From contig NW_026943822.1 in assembly GCF_035594765.1 (NCBI RefSeq), forward strand, positions 8,331,769 to 8,395,768: a stretch of DNA of 64,000 bases, written 5' to 3'. The notes beneath the pieces were generated by a model. That model did no database searches. It saw only the letters and a program-made list of their open reading frames with translations, and was not told the DNA's origin. Shown piece by piece: positions 49,986 through 64,000 of this stretch. The stretch comes from Anolis carolinensis. Its lineage: Eukaryota. Position numbers and translations under genes: made by a program. Positions within the stretch are counted from its first letter, which is position 1, and each line of letters opens with the position of its first letter.

Positions 49986-51108
49986 TTAAAACGGTCTGTT
50001 ACTAACAACCAGAAAATAAACATGCAATTTATTACATCCATATCCCAGAAAGATAGTCATTGATAAACTTTGTTTTGCTGGTCTTTTATTATACAGCTAG
50101 GAAGATCTTACGGAAGATTAGACATTAAATAGTTTTATTGGCATTTCTCATTTAATGTTCTGAATTGCCATGTTACCCTTGGTTACAACAATCTACTTAT
50201 TTACTTAGAGAATTGCATTATTTTAAACAAATGAAGTTGTGCATATTGAAAAGCTGCCTCGGTTACATTTCTGTTCTTAAGCTACTCCAATGCACTTCTT
50301 ATTATACTACAAACTGAAAAATATTCCTGAGGAATTTAATAATTTGCATTATAAAGCCTAAGTGACTGAGAATTAGAAGTCTGGACTGAAGCAAGGGACA
50401 TTTTAGGGAGGAATAAACACAAAACAAAAGAGAAGCTGCAATGGATGGTATATGAAACTTTTCAAGTTGTTACGGGAAGACAAGTAGGAAAAGGTAACAC
50501 AAACATGATGACAAAAAAGGGGGGGGAGGAAGAAAAGACTTTTTTATTATTATTTATACCTCACTTTTTTCTCCAACAAGGAGATCTTTCCCACAAGATC
50601 TGAGAAACCAAAGGGAATTTTAAACCAAGTGTCAGGGTGTTATAACTTGCATTCTTGACAAGAGGCTACCATCAGGGCAGAATATGGAGAAAACTCCCTG
50701 CTTTGGTCCCAAAAGAAATAAAAACCTGAAACCTGAAAAGATAGCTATCCTGCTCACAATTGCGGCATTTGGGAAGATGATGTTCCTATTTTTTTCTGCA
50801 ATTTGCCTCAAATTTTCCCAGAGGTCAAGAGAATGACACCCGCATGGGTTCAAATGTATCCCCCCCAACATTGTTTTAGCAAAATATACATTAGAAACAC
50901 AAGGTTTTGTAACAATTTGGAATCACCTTTTGGTCAGTTCTGTTTTGTCTACAAGGGCTGGCGACTCTTCAGTGCAGGAAAAATAATCCCCAGACTTTGT
51001 TTTTATCTCACTGGATTAACTCTGATACAATCCATGTGATCTGGCATCGTCTCATTTTTTGTTTTAAATCAAATTCACCTTATGCAAGGATTGCTGCGAC
51101 TGACCTAC

Positions 51109-51285
51109 CTGAGCCCGTTGGTCCAAGCAGCAAAATATTACTTTTCTCAAGCTTGATGTCATCGTGGTTTGAATCTAGTACTTCTCCTCCCCGCTTTTCC
51201 TGTGGCATCTGTTGATTCACTTGTTGTTGGACCGATGCTCCCAAAGCATTGCCATGGGGGCTGATGCCAGCGATCTGGAGCAGCT
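51109..51285 (-). CDS. CLPX: CLPX exon 7 (Walker A start)
   Basis: [11 protein letters not shown]...[13 protein letters not shown]; 177 nt. Confidence 0.95.
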
Positions 51286-52647
51286 CTGGAACGTGCAATG
51301 CATGATTGACCAAGAATGACATGGAGCTCTTGCAATAGGATTGAGATAGGCAGAAGAACATGCACAAGTGGACAGGTTTCTAAGCAGTTTCAAGTACTGT
51401 ACCTTCTACTGAAGAGATCAAAACACCTGAAGAAAAGACTATCCCAAATGTAACACAATTTTTGTTCCTGGGTTATAAATGTCATTTCCTAATTGGTTCT
51501 ATAATTAAAAACATGGGAAAATTTTATTAGATTGCAAAAACTTTTACGGGAGGGACACCCTGCTGCATTTTGCTATAGTTTTTCAATGAGTATCTCATCG
51601 GGTCTCAACTAATTTAACACTGTTTGTGTCAGCCACAAAAACAATTTTTCTGGAGTAACAACTACTTTCAGTGTAAGGATTGCACAATTAAATAGGAAAT
51701 CACACTTTCAAGCCAGGAACAGAATTTTTAAAAATAATTTGTTACATAGTGTAATCAATGTCACAGGAAGATTTGAGATTGAAAGATCAAGTTTTTCAAT
51801 AAACTTCTCAGTAAACACAGTGTTTAAAATGCAGAGGGAGATGTTTACATTTTGAGGTGCTGTTTTTATATGTTTATTGTTCAAGACAGATGACAGATTA
51901 ATTTCAAAAGCAATTAAAAGGGTTAATAGACTGATTGCTAATCAGAAGTAACTAATTAATTAATTTTTTTTTCACTGAGTCCCACTAAGGGGGGGAAATA
52001 GCCTGCTTTTCAGAGGCATTTCTGCCTCTAAAATCGTGTTATTTTTCCCCTTGGTGGGACTCGGTGCAACCAAAGGCAGACTCAATACCACGTAAGTAAT
52101 AATTTGAATGTAATATGTAGTTATCTTTAATCATTACTGTGATTTTATAGTTTCAATACTAACAGATTATATTATAATAATGAAATGAGTGGATTAGGGG
52201 GAAATTTGGTATTTTCTTAAAAATAAAAATCCTGATTTTTAACAAAATGAAAATAGGCTGGATGTGAGAAGTGGGACATTTCGGGGATTTTTAACTAATT
52301 TTAACTAAAGAAAGTTAAAAAGTTAAAATCAAGGATCTCTTCTATTGTTGGGATTGTTGTGTCCAAACAAGGCCATGGTATCAAAGAGAAGCATTCTAGC
52401 CTTGCTTCCTCATCTTGTAGGGATTTTCTTTATTAGACACTTTAACAAAAGAATATGTACCTTCAGCCGCAACTGGTCCTGCCTGAGTAATACCAGTTTA
52501 ACCAGTTTAGCTAGGCCCAGCATGTCATTTATGAAATGAACATAGGCTGGCTTTTTCCCATTTCTAAAGTCATAATTAAAATGCTGCTCATGGTTAAGTT
52601 CGGAAAAGAAAATATTGCAGAGGAGGACATGAGGAGAGAACACTTAC

Positions 52648-52689
52648 TTGTAAATCTGTACTCATCCTCCCGTCTTCTTATTTCTAAGT
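52648..52689 (-). CDS. CLPX: CLPX exon 6
   Basis: LEIRRREDEYRFT; 42 nt. Confidence 0.92.
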
Positions 52690-53274
52690 CTAAGAGAGAG
52701 GATGAAAACAGTAATACAATATATAGATATAGATATATTTTAAAAAGCACTGCATTTTCTTCACCTCTTGCCCTCTTCTGAATACAGCTTTAGGGGATGA
52801 GGGATTTCATATACAAGGAAAAAAAACACACCAGGAAATTATCATAACTGTGGCCCAATCTACACCGCCATATAAACAAGTTTCTGAATCCAGATTATCT
52901 CCTTTGAACTGGATTATATAACAGTGTAGACTCACATAATCCAGTTCAAAGCAAAATAAACTGGATTCAGAAACTGGGTTATATGGCAGTGCAGATCCAG
53001 CCTTAGTAACCTCACTCCATAGTGAGCTTTTCATGCACATCTAAACTAGTACTTTAAAAAGTTATGCCAAAGGAAGAGTAATTGGCATGTTTTATATTTC
53101 CAAAATGAAGATGGAAACATTAAAAGCAAATTAGACCAAAAGGGAAAGCATATCAATTTGGAAGCAAGGCCCATTCGGTTTAATGTGATTTTCTGTCACA
53201 CAGATGAGAACAGGATTGTAACTTTTCTTTTAGAAAGACAAAATTTATGAATGCTAAGATGGATTTACTCAATG

Positions 53275-53548
53275 GTCAAACTGCTGAGCTGCTGAACTTG
53301 CTGACCGAAAGGTCAGCGGTTCAAATCTGGGGAGCGGGGTGAGCTCCCACTGTTATCCCCAGCTTCTGCCAACCTAGCAGTTCGAAAACATGCAAATGTC
53401 TGGCAGGAAGGTAACGGCACTCCATGCAGTCATGCCAGCTACATGACCTTGGAGGTGTCTATGGACAATGCCGGCTCTTTGGCTTAGAAATGGAGATGAG
53501 CACCAATCCCCAGAGTCGGACTTAATGTCAGTGGAAAACCTTTATCTT
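53275..53548 (+). mobile_element. Sauria-type SINE
   Basis: Family match. Confidence 0.85.
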
Positions 53549-54599
53549 TACTTTTACCCTAAAAAGAGTTTAGCCCTGATTCAAAGAGGATTAAACACCA
53601 CTCCTCTCTAGAAAGGATCTCTTCTAAGAAAGTAGCGATGAAATCCTCTTGCTAAAATGTAACAGCTTTCAATGTTTTGGGCAACAAGAAATGATCTTTT
53701 AGAAGAAAACCAGAAACATTCTCCACCTTGCAACTGTTTTTCAAACTTTGTTGGGTTTCAAAACACTTTGTAGCATAGCCTCAGAGCATCATTTGGAGGG
53801 CTTCCTATTTTACCATTTCCTTTAAAGTGGATTAGAATTATTTTCCTTAAGCACAGGACTGAATTAGTAAATTTGCTCCATTCATATTATTAATGCATTC
53901 TATTTTTGTTATTCCTTGTAGTCGAAATCACAATTTAATTGCTCTATATTTATTTGCTTTAAACAGGAGGTAGAATGTGCTGATCATGGCTTCTTTGGCC
54001 TCAATAGTGTGTTTTTGTGATGGCTTCATAAAACCTGCATTGAAATGTTGGGCTAGTAAGAGTGCCCTATGCCATTTAATATTATATCTCAAAGATACTT
54101 TAGTAGTAGTAGTAGTAATAGTAATAATAAATTGATAATTTGTTGAAACATCATTTGAAAGAAATGTACCTTTTGCCTGCAATGAAGGGGAATAGTGATG
54201 CAGTATGTTCATCATAAAGAAAACATTGTTTCTTCAAAGTGAGGGAAAATGTAATTCATTGAAGTGGAAGCAGCAAGAGAGGGAACACATAGCTACTTCC
54301 ATCACCTCCAATGGACTTCTATGGACTCTTCCTCTCTGAATGTTTCCAGCAGTCACTACAGGAATTACTATTTCATGCTAATGGAATAATAAACTTTACC
54401 ATCTTCTCTTTTTTCCCTCTCAATGATTTTGGCTGTCTTGTTATATTAATCATACACAACCTGGTCTGAGATCATTCCCGCTGCTTTAAACACATTTAAA
54501 TCATGGGTTTTCCCCCCAGAAACTCTACTGTTTAGCTCCCATTTGGACCAGGATTAGACAAAAAGGGACAACGGCTCAAATGACAGTCCCAGGCCATCA

Positions 54600-54812
<213 letters not shown>

Positions 54813-55762
54813 CTAATTGATGCCTCACATTTTAAAAAATTCTACTTAATACAGAAAACCAACGAAACTTGTATTCTCTATGTAACTGTGGAAAATCCCA
54901 GTTAAAGGGTCACTATGGGTTGTGCAGGTGGGTTTCTATTATAAAATACCTTCTTTACTCAAATGTAATGCTCACCTTTTTTGACTAAGTGGCCTTGCCA
55001 AAATTAGGGTATGCATTAGATTCATGTAATATATCTTAGGGCTGAACCAAAGCCAAAGGGGAAGCTGCTTCAGGAGCTTCTGGAGATCCAATTTGAGAGA
55101 CATCATATGTAACTGCCCTGGCTCAATGCTATGTAATCCTGGGATTTGTAGTGTGGTGAGGCATCAGCATCCTTTGGCAGAGAAGGCTCAAGATGTTGCA
55201 AAACTACAGCCCCCATGAGTCCATAGAATTGGCCAAAGGTAGTAGTTAAAGTGGACTCATTCTACAGCATAGATACACCCCATGGTTTTCTTTTCTACTG
55301 CTGGAAGCTTTGATGTCCTAACACTTTTATTTTTAAAGAAGGGATTCTAAGCAGACAGCAACTGTAATGCACACTTTTCTTGACCAAATGACAAAGAGCA
55401 CACTTTCTGCCACTGCACATTACATTTGGAAGCAAATACTTTTTTTGGTTTTAGGGTTTTGGAAATTGTAGTGTTTTAGATTCGACTATGGACTTGCGTA
55501 CATACGGTGTTTCCCCTTTCTCCACTCACTTTGAAGTAGTGAGGCCTGAGAATTCCTCTCCTCATCTAGTAAGTAACTTGCTCCCAAGAGCTGCTGAGCT
55601 CATCATCTTAATCAATGATGAACCACTCACATTTGAGAATGGCCCTAATGGACCCTGGTGCTTTCTAAAGGCTTTCTTCCCTACAGAGCAAGTGGGAAAT
55701 CTAGCCCTTCAGGCTGCTCTCAGATTTCAACTTCCTTCATCCCTAGCCAGCATCGGGGCTTA

Positions 55763-56101
<339 letters not shown>

Positions 56102-58931
56102 TTAATATTAGCCCAACTGATAAAATGACACTTTGAACAGCAAAGCTTCTGAAATTGTGGGGCTGACCCCAAATGGGATCCCCCTAAGCAAAATGTTGGG
56201 GTAATGAAAAATTTAGCAATAGTCAAAGGTTTCTGAATGTCACAATTGATGCAAATCTGTTAGCAACAACGTGCCGCGTTTACAATGGTCTCTGCAGAAA
56301 ATGCTTCTGCTGTACTCCACAAAAAGCAAGATCACCTTGTTTAGCAAGCCTTGTAAATTCTGATCCATGATCAGTAAATGTTTGATTTGTATATTTATTT
56401 TATATAGTTATATTCCCAGGGTCGCATACAAAATTCCTCAGGGGGAAAGGGGTTATGAGCAGGAAAAGCTTAAGAAAAAGCCCTGGTTGAGAGCAGCTGC
56501 GGGGAATCTGACTTCCAGACATTATGGACTATACCTCCCCTCTAATCACCTCTTGGACATTTCTAACTACAACTCCTCCATTTCCTAACTCCCAGCTAAA
56601 AGATTAGGGGGTTAAAGTGCCAAACAATCTAGAGGACCAATACTCCCTGATCTTGGTTTAAGCATGTATTTCTGTACTTTGATTGATACTCTAAGGGACA
56701 GTAGGTATCATCCCATTCTTTTATAACAGTAATGAGCAAAGTGCAGTCTTCCACAGCGTTCCCTGCATTCCAAACCCTTGACTGTGGGCTACAGTTCAAC
56801 CTGGAAGGTGTGCTTTGCTCTACTTTACAGCACAATATACTTTCAACAAAACAACAAGAGAGTTCCACAATCTCTTAAAATTTCATGCACAATTTACAGT
56901 TTTGAAATCACCGGTCAAAATTTCTCTTTCTACTTTCAAATCACATTTATACCAAAAGCTTAATATCAGCTATTTCTTCTACATGCATAAGAGTCCTTTC
57001 ATAAAGAAAAAAAAACATAGATGGGAAAATGTTAAACAAATACAACACTGAGTTTAGCTTTGAGAACAAATGCCTGATTTGTGTACATTCCATTCTCAGT
57101 TCAAAAGGGAAAAATCCCACCACCTAGGACCTCTCCTACCTACTCAGTATTAAATATTCCGATAATCCTTCATGACAGATTTCAAACAGGGAATATGAGC
57201 TGGGCTCATAGATTCCAGGGCACTAATAAGGTGGAAGATGTTCTGGGCAGATGAACTGTAACTATATCAAGGAGCCCTAAGCCTCCAAAAGGAGAAAAAC
57301 AACAGCAACTGCTTCCTTTTTTCCCAGGGAAAAAATTGCCCTTTACATTGTCCAACACTAAATTAAATCTGAAGGTATTTACTGCGACCAAGGAAAATTT
57401 CCTTAGGACAGATCATTTATTGTGTGTTCACCCTTCCCTTGATATCAGGTCATATTTCTAAGACTATTTTTAGTGTGTTGAACAAGGCAAATCAACAACA
57501 CTTCAGCATTGCTATTGTGCAACATATATTCTAGCCACATTTTTGAGTTCCAAAGGTAGAAGAAAAACTGCAACAGAAACTGTTATTTTTTGTTTAAGAC
57601 ACAAGGTTCTTCCTTTGAAAACAATGTTTTCTCTCTCAACTTCTGAGAATGAACAGCAACTTGTAAGCCTTAACAATTCAACAGATGAAAAAGAACGTTG
57701 ATTTGAAGGAGTACCAAAACAAAATAACAAAACTGGTTTTTGTCCTACAGAAGTAATATAAAGCAACACTTTGACTTTAAATGTTCAACCACTACCAGTT
57801 TAAGTGTAGTAGGTATACCCCTAGTGAACAGTATAATGATCAGATAAGGACAGTTATCTGTTGCATTTGTCCACCCTATTCACAAAAACAGTAGCATTGA
57901 ATTTTTGCTGAACTCTGCATCAACTTTTAAGTGCAATCTGGTTCTGTTTTCAAAATATCCAACTGGTCTGGCTTGTCTCATTTGTCAAGGAAAGTGTGGA
58001 AAGCCCTCCTCTAAAATAATTTCAGGCATGTTACTTTTACATGAGAAATGGAAAATGTTTCACCACAAAGGCTGCACTGGTTAGGGGCCTGGCTCTCACC
58101 GGTCTCAAATAGAGGTAGTAGCAGACATGCTGTTAAATAGACGGTAAAGAGTAGGGCTTTTCTAAGAAGAATCAAAAGAATCTTTGGAGACAAAGGATAA
58201 ACAAACCAAAACTAATACTACACCTATCATTCTTTCCTTTAGAATAAACGTGATCATATCTCTTATACAGTATAGTACAAATACAGAAGGATAAATTCTC
58301 ATCCCACTGTTTCAGTTTTTGCCAATGTCCTAGAATGCCCTCAGGCTCATGTAGGTGCTGCATGACTTACTCCACATAAAAGATTAGTCACATGTAAAAC
58401 GCTGTTTCAGACCTTTGCACTGTTAGAGGCTTTTCGACAACTGAGATGCAATGGCAAACAAACGTGCATTTGCCCAATGGAAACTCAAATACCTATTTAT
58501 TATTTTCATGCCTATTGTGCCATGCAGGAACCAGGAGATTATCAGGTAATGGGGAAACACCTAATTTATACTTCATAGAATTCAGCTACTGTAGAGCAGC
58601 TTTGCCTATACATGTACAACCAAAAATACTATCTTAGACATGAGCAGAAGCTAGTGGAAGCAACTAATTTTCACATACAGACTGAGTCGATTCACGAGGC
58701 TCTTTGGAAAATAAAATGGAATATCTATCTTAAATTTCATGTAGGAGACTGAATATAAATGTGAGAAATAAAACTGAAGCAACTGTCATACTGGAACTAA
58801 ACCATCAAGCCTTTTAAATTCCCCTACAAGTAGGTGGCTCTCAGACTGGTTTCTTCCAATAACTGAAATGATCTATTTCCAACTATTTTGATTGCAAAGG
58901 GGAAGCACAGTCATATCTGTGATGCAATATA

Positions 58932-60102
58932 TCTATATCTAAATCCATAATAAAAACAAAAACACGTATGTGTGTATGTGGCACGGATGTCTGCTCACAC
59001 AGCCAGCCTCCGGCCTCCACAAACAGGCTATACTTCCTAGGGTTAAAAATCTAGGAAATCACTCTTTTCCACTGACATTGCGGTTACAGCGAGCGCCATG
59101 AACATGCAGCCCAGCCTCTGCCAATGTCCTTCCCAAACACTACAACCCACCACACAAGGAATGCTTTCATTTGGGGACCATTTCCTCCTAGATTTTGCTT
59201 TTTCTTCCACCACAGGCAGGCATCCCAGGGTTCTCCATTGCTGTGGAATTTGCATGTCCCCGCCCACTGCCCTTTCCTTTCCAATCTCTCTGCATAACAA
59301 ACAGAGCAGAACTGACCTGCAACTAAACTTACTGGAGGAGTTTAGGGATTGACTCCACATGGTGAAAGTTGTAGTTCACCCTGCATCAAGTCAGAGCACT
59401 GTCACTCCTACTGGGGAATATAGAGGAGTTGTAGTTCACCTACACCCAGAACACTACGAACCCAAATAATGATGGCTCTCGGCCAAACTTGCCATGCAGA
59501 CCCGATATGCCCAGATTTGACTACTGGTGGATTTGGAGGGGAACTGGACTGGAAGTTCACGAGTAGTTGGTACTAGGATTTATAGTTCACCTGCAATCAA
59601 TGAGCATCACACTTGGCACACAGAGCCCCCATAACCAATACAACATATTGGACAAGTTTGGGGGAAAGGGAGTTATAGTTCACCTGCAGCCAGATAAACA
59701 CTGACCCCCACCGACAATGCACTCGGACTACACTTCACACAGAGAAGCCTCATGACCTACTAAACATACTGCAGGTATTTGTGGGAAGGGGCCTTAATTT
59801 TGAGAGTTGTAGTTCACCTCCATCCAAAGACCACTGAACCCAGCCAATGACGAATCTAGACTTGGCACACAGACTGAACTTGGCCCACAGACTGAATATT
59901 GCCTGCTGTGAATACTGATAGATATTTCAGGACAATTACCCCAGGAAATCTGGAAATTGCAGTCATTCACCCCCATCCACAGAGTACTACACGACACAAT
60001 TCTGGGAATTGTAGTTCACCCACTCCAAACAGAATACATAACATTAAAAGACAAATAATACCATTTTCAAATGACCCGGGCATCGCCGGGTCCCCAAGCT
60101 AG
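58932..60102 (+). mobile_element. Non-autonomous Helitron, family B
   Basis: A|TC start, hairpin CCCGGGCATCGCCGGG, CTAG|T end; no TSD. Confidence 0.8.
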
Positions 60103-60853
60103 TCAATAATAAAAGAAAGCCACATTCTGACCCTGCCTCCCAGGCATGTTGAAAGGTGCCTATTGCCAAAATAAATACTGAGTCAGGCTCTGCAATGATA
60201 AGGTGCAACTCTTGTCTCTAAAATCTACAGCGTCATTTTACATGTCCTGGTTCTTGGCTGAAAAACAACTGCCTATAAATCAACTGCTACATACAAAGAA
60301 CACTCTGAGGAAGAAAACAGTAGGAAGCCATTTATCTCCAAGAATTCAAAATCCTGCTCCTTATAACTTCACCTGACTAACAAGAAATGTGACACATACA
60401 ATATCCAGGAAGTAAAACAAAATACCTTCCAAATTAAGAAATTACATATCGCTTGGGAAGACCATGACTTTTATATACCACAAATGCTGCTTTATGGAGA
60501 GGCTTCTGGGATTCTAAATGTTGCAATGCCCTTAAAACCATCAAATTTGGCAATCAGATTGTTGGTCAACTGTGTTGCAAGCACTTTGAGAAGTGCAATC
60601 TGCTCACCATTTGCCTACCAGTTAAATCAGAAGGATCACAATGCCTGTGGGCAAAGCTTCCTAAGTACAGTACAATGATTCCACGTTGGATGTGGCTACA
60701 ATGTATTCATTCTATTTCTCAGATGTAACATCAAATTTACTCCAGAATAATGTCATGTTTATAAATTGTCAAACTTGCTGGCAACATCATATGTATCACT
60801 TAAAAAACAATAAGATCTTCTGATTCAAGTAAATGCAAACAGTGAAAACTTAC

Positions 60854-60971
60854 ACACAAAGGTCTCGACGTGTGTGCATAAGTCACCACACTTTGGGCAA
60901 CGCAACTGGTTTCCACCTTTCCCAGAGCTTCCAGAACCAGACTTTTTACTGTTGCCTTCACCAGCCGTTTT
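60854..60971 (-). CDS. CLPX: CLPX exon 3
   Basis: KTAGEG...[18 protein letters not shown] (zinc-binding domain); 118 nt. Confidence 0.95.
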
Positions 60972-61488
60972 CTAGTGGAATTAAATGAAATAGTATTTTG
61001 GTTATTTAGATCCGATCAGCACATTTATAACTGGTTATATTCTACATGATTCCCTACCACTACGAAAGGTCGCCTATCACAAACTGGGAACTTTCTACTT
61101 GCGCCTTGTCCGTTTTACTTCCCTTCAATTTTCCTTTATACTGTTTATTATCTAAACATGGCAGACAAATGTTTACAAAAAGGCTGTGATTCCCTGAAAC
61201 ACTTGTTAGGAATGGGCATGATCACTAGAGGATTAGTAGTGATCATTTATATTGAAGAAAATTTAATATTAATTAAAATGGATAAAGAAGAAAATAAGTT
61301 AGTTCTACCAGCTCCAGGTCTGCAAGGCAAATTGTTCTTGGGAATTGGGCCTCCCTTTCTCATTAGGCCAACATTCCTCTTCTCATTGGACCTAATGCCC
61401 AGAGGAAAAGTAGAAAACCAATGGAAGATTCTGCACTATCTCCACACTCTTGCAATTCACACAAACAGAGAATGCAGATAAACAGGTA

Positions 61489-61908
61489 CCCTGTTTCCCC
61501 TAAAATAAGACATTCCCAAAAAATAAGACCTAGTAGAAATTTTGTTGAATTGCTAAATATAAGGCCTCCCCCGAAAGTAAGACCTAGCAAAGTTTCTGTT
61601 TCAAAGCATGCCCAACGAACAGAACACCAGAGTATGTGGGATTGGTAAATGTACATACCATAGAGTGTTGTACATGGAAATAATGGTAGTAACAAGAAAT
61701 TCTTGATAGGATTCACAGTTTGTCTGGTTATGCTGGTTTGTGATGACAACTACTGTACAGTATATAATAAATGTTCTTTTTTTTTGTTCAACAATAAATG
61801 TGAATTCTTCTTCATGGAAAAATAAGACATCCCCTGAAAATAAGACCTAGCGCATCTTTGGGAGCAAAAATTAATATAAGACACTGTCTTATTTTCGGGG
61901 AAACACGG
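61489..61908. mobile_element. Tc2/pogo-like MITE, opposite orientation to 34064-34458
   Basis: Same TIRs, TA flanks. Confidence 0.82.
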
Positions 61909-62502
61909 TAGTGAGAGCTAGCGGAAGTTAGGCCAGGCTGCCCTATTAATTGGTAGCACACCCACAATAGGATTACAGGACAGGCAGAGGCCCAGTAAGG
62001 CTGATTAATGAAGCCAATCCCACCTATAAGCCAACCAACGATCTTTCTACAGAGAATCTCACACTAAGTTTTTCAACAAGTGAAACAGAAGCCCCGAATT
62101 GAAAGGTAACCAATTTTTGAGGCTTTTATAATGGCTCGATTAAGACATCACATTTGATTCTGGCTTACAGTTTAGATTTTGCTTAATGTGTTTCCAAGTA
62201 TTCAATCAGAAACTGAGTTCAGAGCAGCTTTTTACTTTTGCCTTCCACCAAGACAACTTCAAAAGTTCTCTCTTCTGTTTTGCATGGATATTGTTGCTCA
62301 GTTAAGACAAAGTCATCATGTTAATTCACAGTTTAAGTCTCCTTATCTATTGTCTGGTATGCTGTCTGACCTGAGTGTCTTAGTTTCTGTGCTTTCTGTA
62401 GTTATGGATACCCAAAATGGAAGTTTCCATTAAATATTTCACTGGGAAAGTAGAGCTAATTGCTCTCCCTCAAGCACAAGCTATATTTAAAATGTCACAT
62501 AC

Positions 62503-62663
62503 CTTAGTGCCATCTCCTGAACCATCTTTACTTGCACCATCTTTTGAAGCAAAGTATGTTGGTGTTTCTGAAAATGTTCTAAAGGGAACAGTCCTTAGAG
62601 ACTGAGTTTCAAAAGTCCCAATTATTCCTAAAACTGGAAAACAAGAACGGCCACACGTAATAC
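62503..62663 (-). CDS. CLPX: CLPX exon 2 (mitochondrial presequence region); exon 1 lies beyond the window
   Basis: ITCGRS...[21 protein letters not shown]; 161 nt, AG/GT boundaries. Confidence 0.93.
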
Positions 62664-64000
62664 CTGAAAAGAAAGAAGTCATTTTGCTTTAGATAATAAA
62701 CACTGCCAACCTACATTAAAAACAGTTTGCCAATGTTGCATATTTAGAACTTTGCTGCAATGAAGTAGTTTATTATTATTTCCATCAAGGACTGTGATCA
62801 AGGCCATACAAAAGGTTCTTGCAAACTCCACTAGAGAGCATATCTATTAGCAAGTGCCAACAAAGTTTCCTCAAAGAATGTTAATTACATCTTTTAGGAT
62901 CAGGCTGTCACACTATAAAGTCCCTTGTATTATGAAGGGAGACAATGTGTTCATCATGTTCCAAAATTAGATCACGAAACACTGCACTCGACTATAATTA
63001 TTGTACACCAGTGAAATAAACAGTGAAATAAACAGATCCATATATACAAGGCATTGATAAAACCATGTCCATGTGTGTCAAGGAATTCATAGTTTCTATT
63101 GAAATGAATGGAAGATTGCACAGCTGTTGCTTCCCTGCCCAAAGCAAGCTTTTGTATGAAGGAACCAAACTGTGAAGTGGGGCAGAGACATCAATAATGA
63201 AATTATCAAATTTCAATTTCTGAATTAGATTTTAAAGCAATCTTCTGATTAGGTCAAAAGACAACTGACTTTGAAAACATGTAATAATTAATAAATAATA
63301 ATAGCAGTAGTAATAATTTTATTTCTTACCCACCTCTCCTTGGTGGTTCACAGCACATAAATGTTAGAAGAGCATCAACTTTGACTCTCCTAAATGACAA
63401 CTACTCAAAAGAGTAATCTCATGACAACATTGAGGGTTCCCTCCCTAACTACACTCTGAAAGAGATAGTATGCCAAGTGTTATCCATTTTCACTGCCAGC
63501 CTAGCAATTGACACTGAAGCACTGCATACTAGAGGTTCAGATTATTTTAGTCCTAGTCCTAACATAATCTTAAACCAGTTAGTTGCATAACTTGATAAAG
63601 CCCTGGGTATAAAATCTACTGAAACATCAAAGAGAATGGTGGTATTGTGATGGGAAACTTTTTCAGTTCATGTACTGCGGAAGCAGGAATATTAATTAAT
63701 TGGGGCAGTAAGCCAAGAAAAAGCCCTTGGGTCACAGCTTTATTCTGCAGTTCAATTGTTTGAAGAACTAAATGATGGAAGGAGGACCAAGGTGAGAGCT
63801 CTTATAAGCAAGGACAGACTTCTCTTGTACTATCTTTTGAAAACAATCCCACAGGCAATTTGTCAGATAAGCAGTATTTGCAACTGCACACATATACACA
63901 CATTCTTTCACAGAGAAATCTTAAGCAACTGATGAAGAAAATTGAAGTATAGGAAAGAGCCAAAATGTTAAGAGACAGCTTTAGGAAGCTCTCTTTAACC

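Overview
Eukaryotic (vertebrate) genomic DNA from a squamate reptile. The Sauria-SINE, CR1, Helitron and MITE landscape points to an anole lizard. The window carries the conserved gene block RASL12 (-, exons 1-2), KBTBD13 (+, single exon), UBAP1L (-, 5 coding exons), PDCD7 (-, 5 exons) and CLPX (-, exons 2-14). All exons were delimited by GT-AG sites and phase. The most striking element is a 5317-bp intact Ty3/Gypsy LTR retrotransposon (65-5381), lying antisense in RASL12 intron 2, with apparently identical 303-bp LTRs and one fused gag-pol ORF. Its sequence shows three notable signals. (i) An 11-nt primer-binding site is complementary to its own predicted RNA 5' end, indicating tRNA-independent self-priming. 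(ii) A perfect splice donor at the gag/protease boundary and an acceptor just upstream of the PPT would splice out all of pol, giving a Gag-only mRNA that keeps every cis signal for reverse transcription. (iii) A PEG10-type slippery heptamer survives out of phase. Other observations are an inverted template-switch duplication between two SINEs, a (GTAA)8 array of splice donors in UBAP1L, composite and tandem Helitrons carrying other TEs, and a solo LTR next to a PDCD7 splice acceptor.
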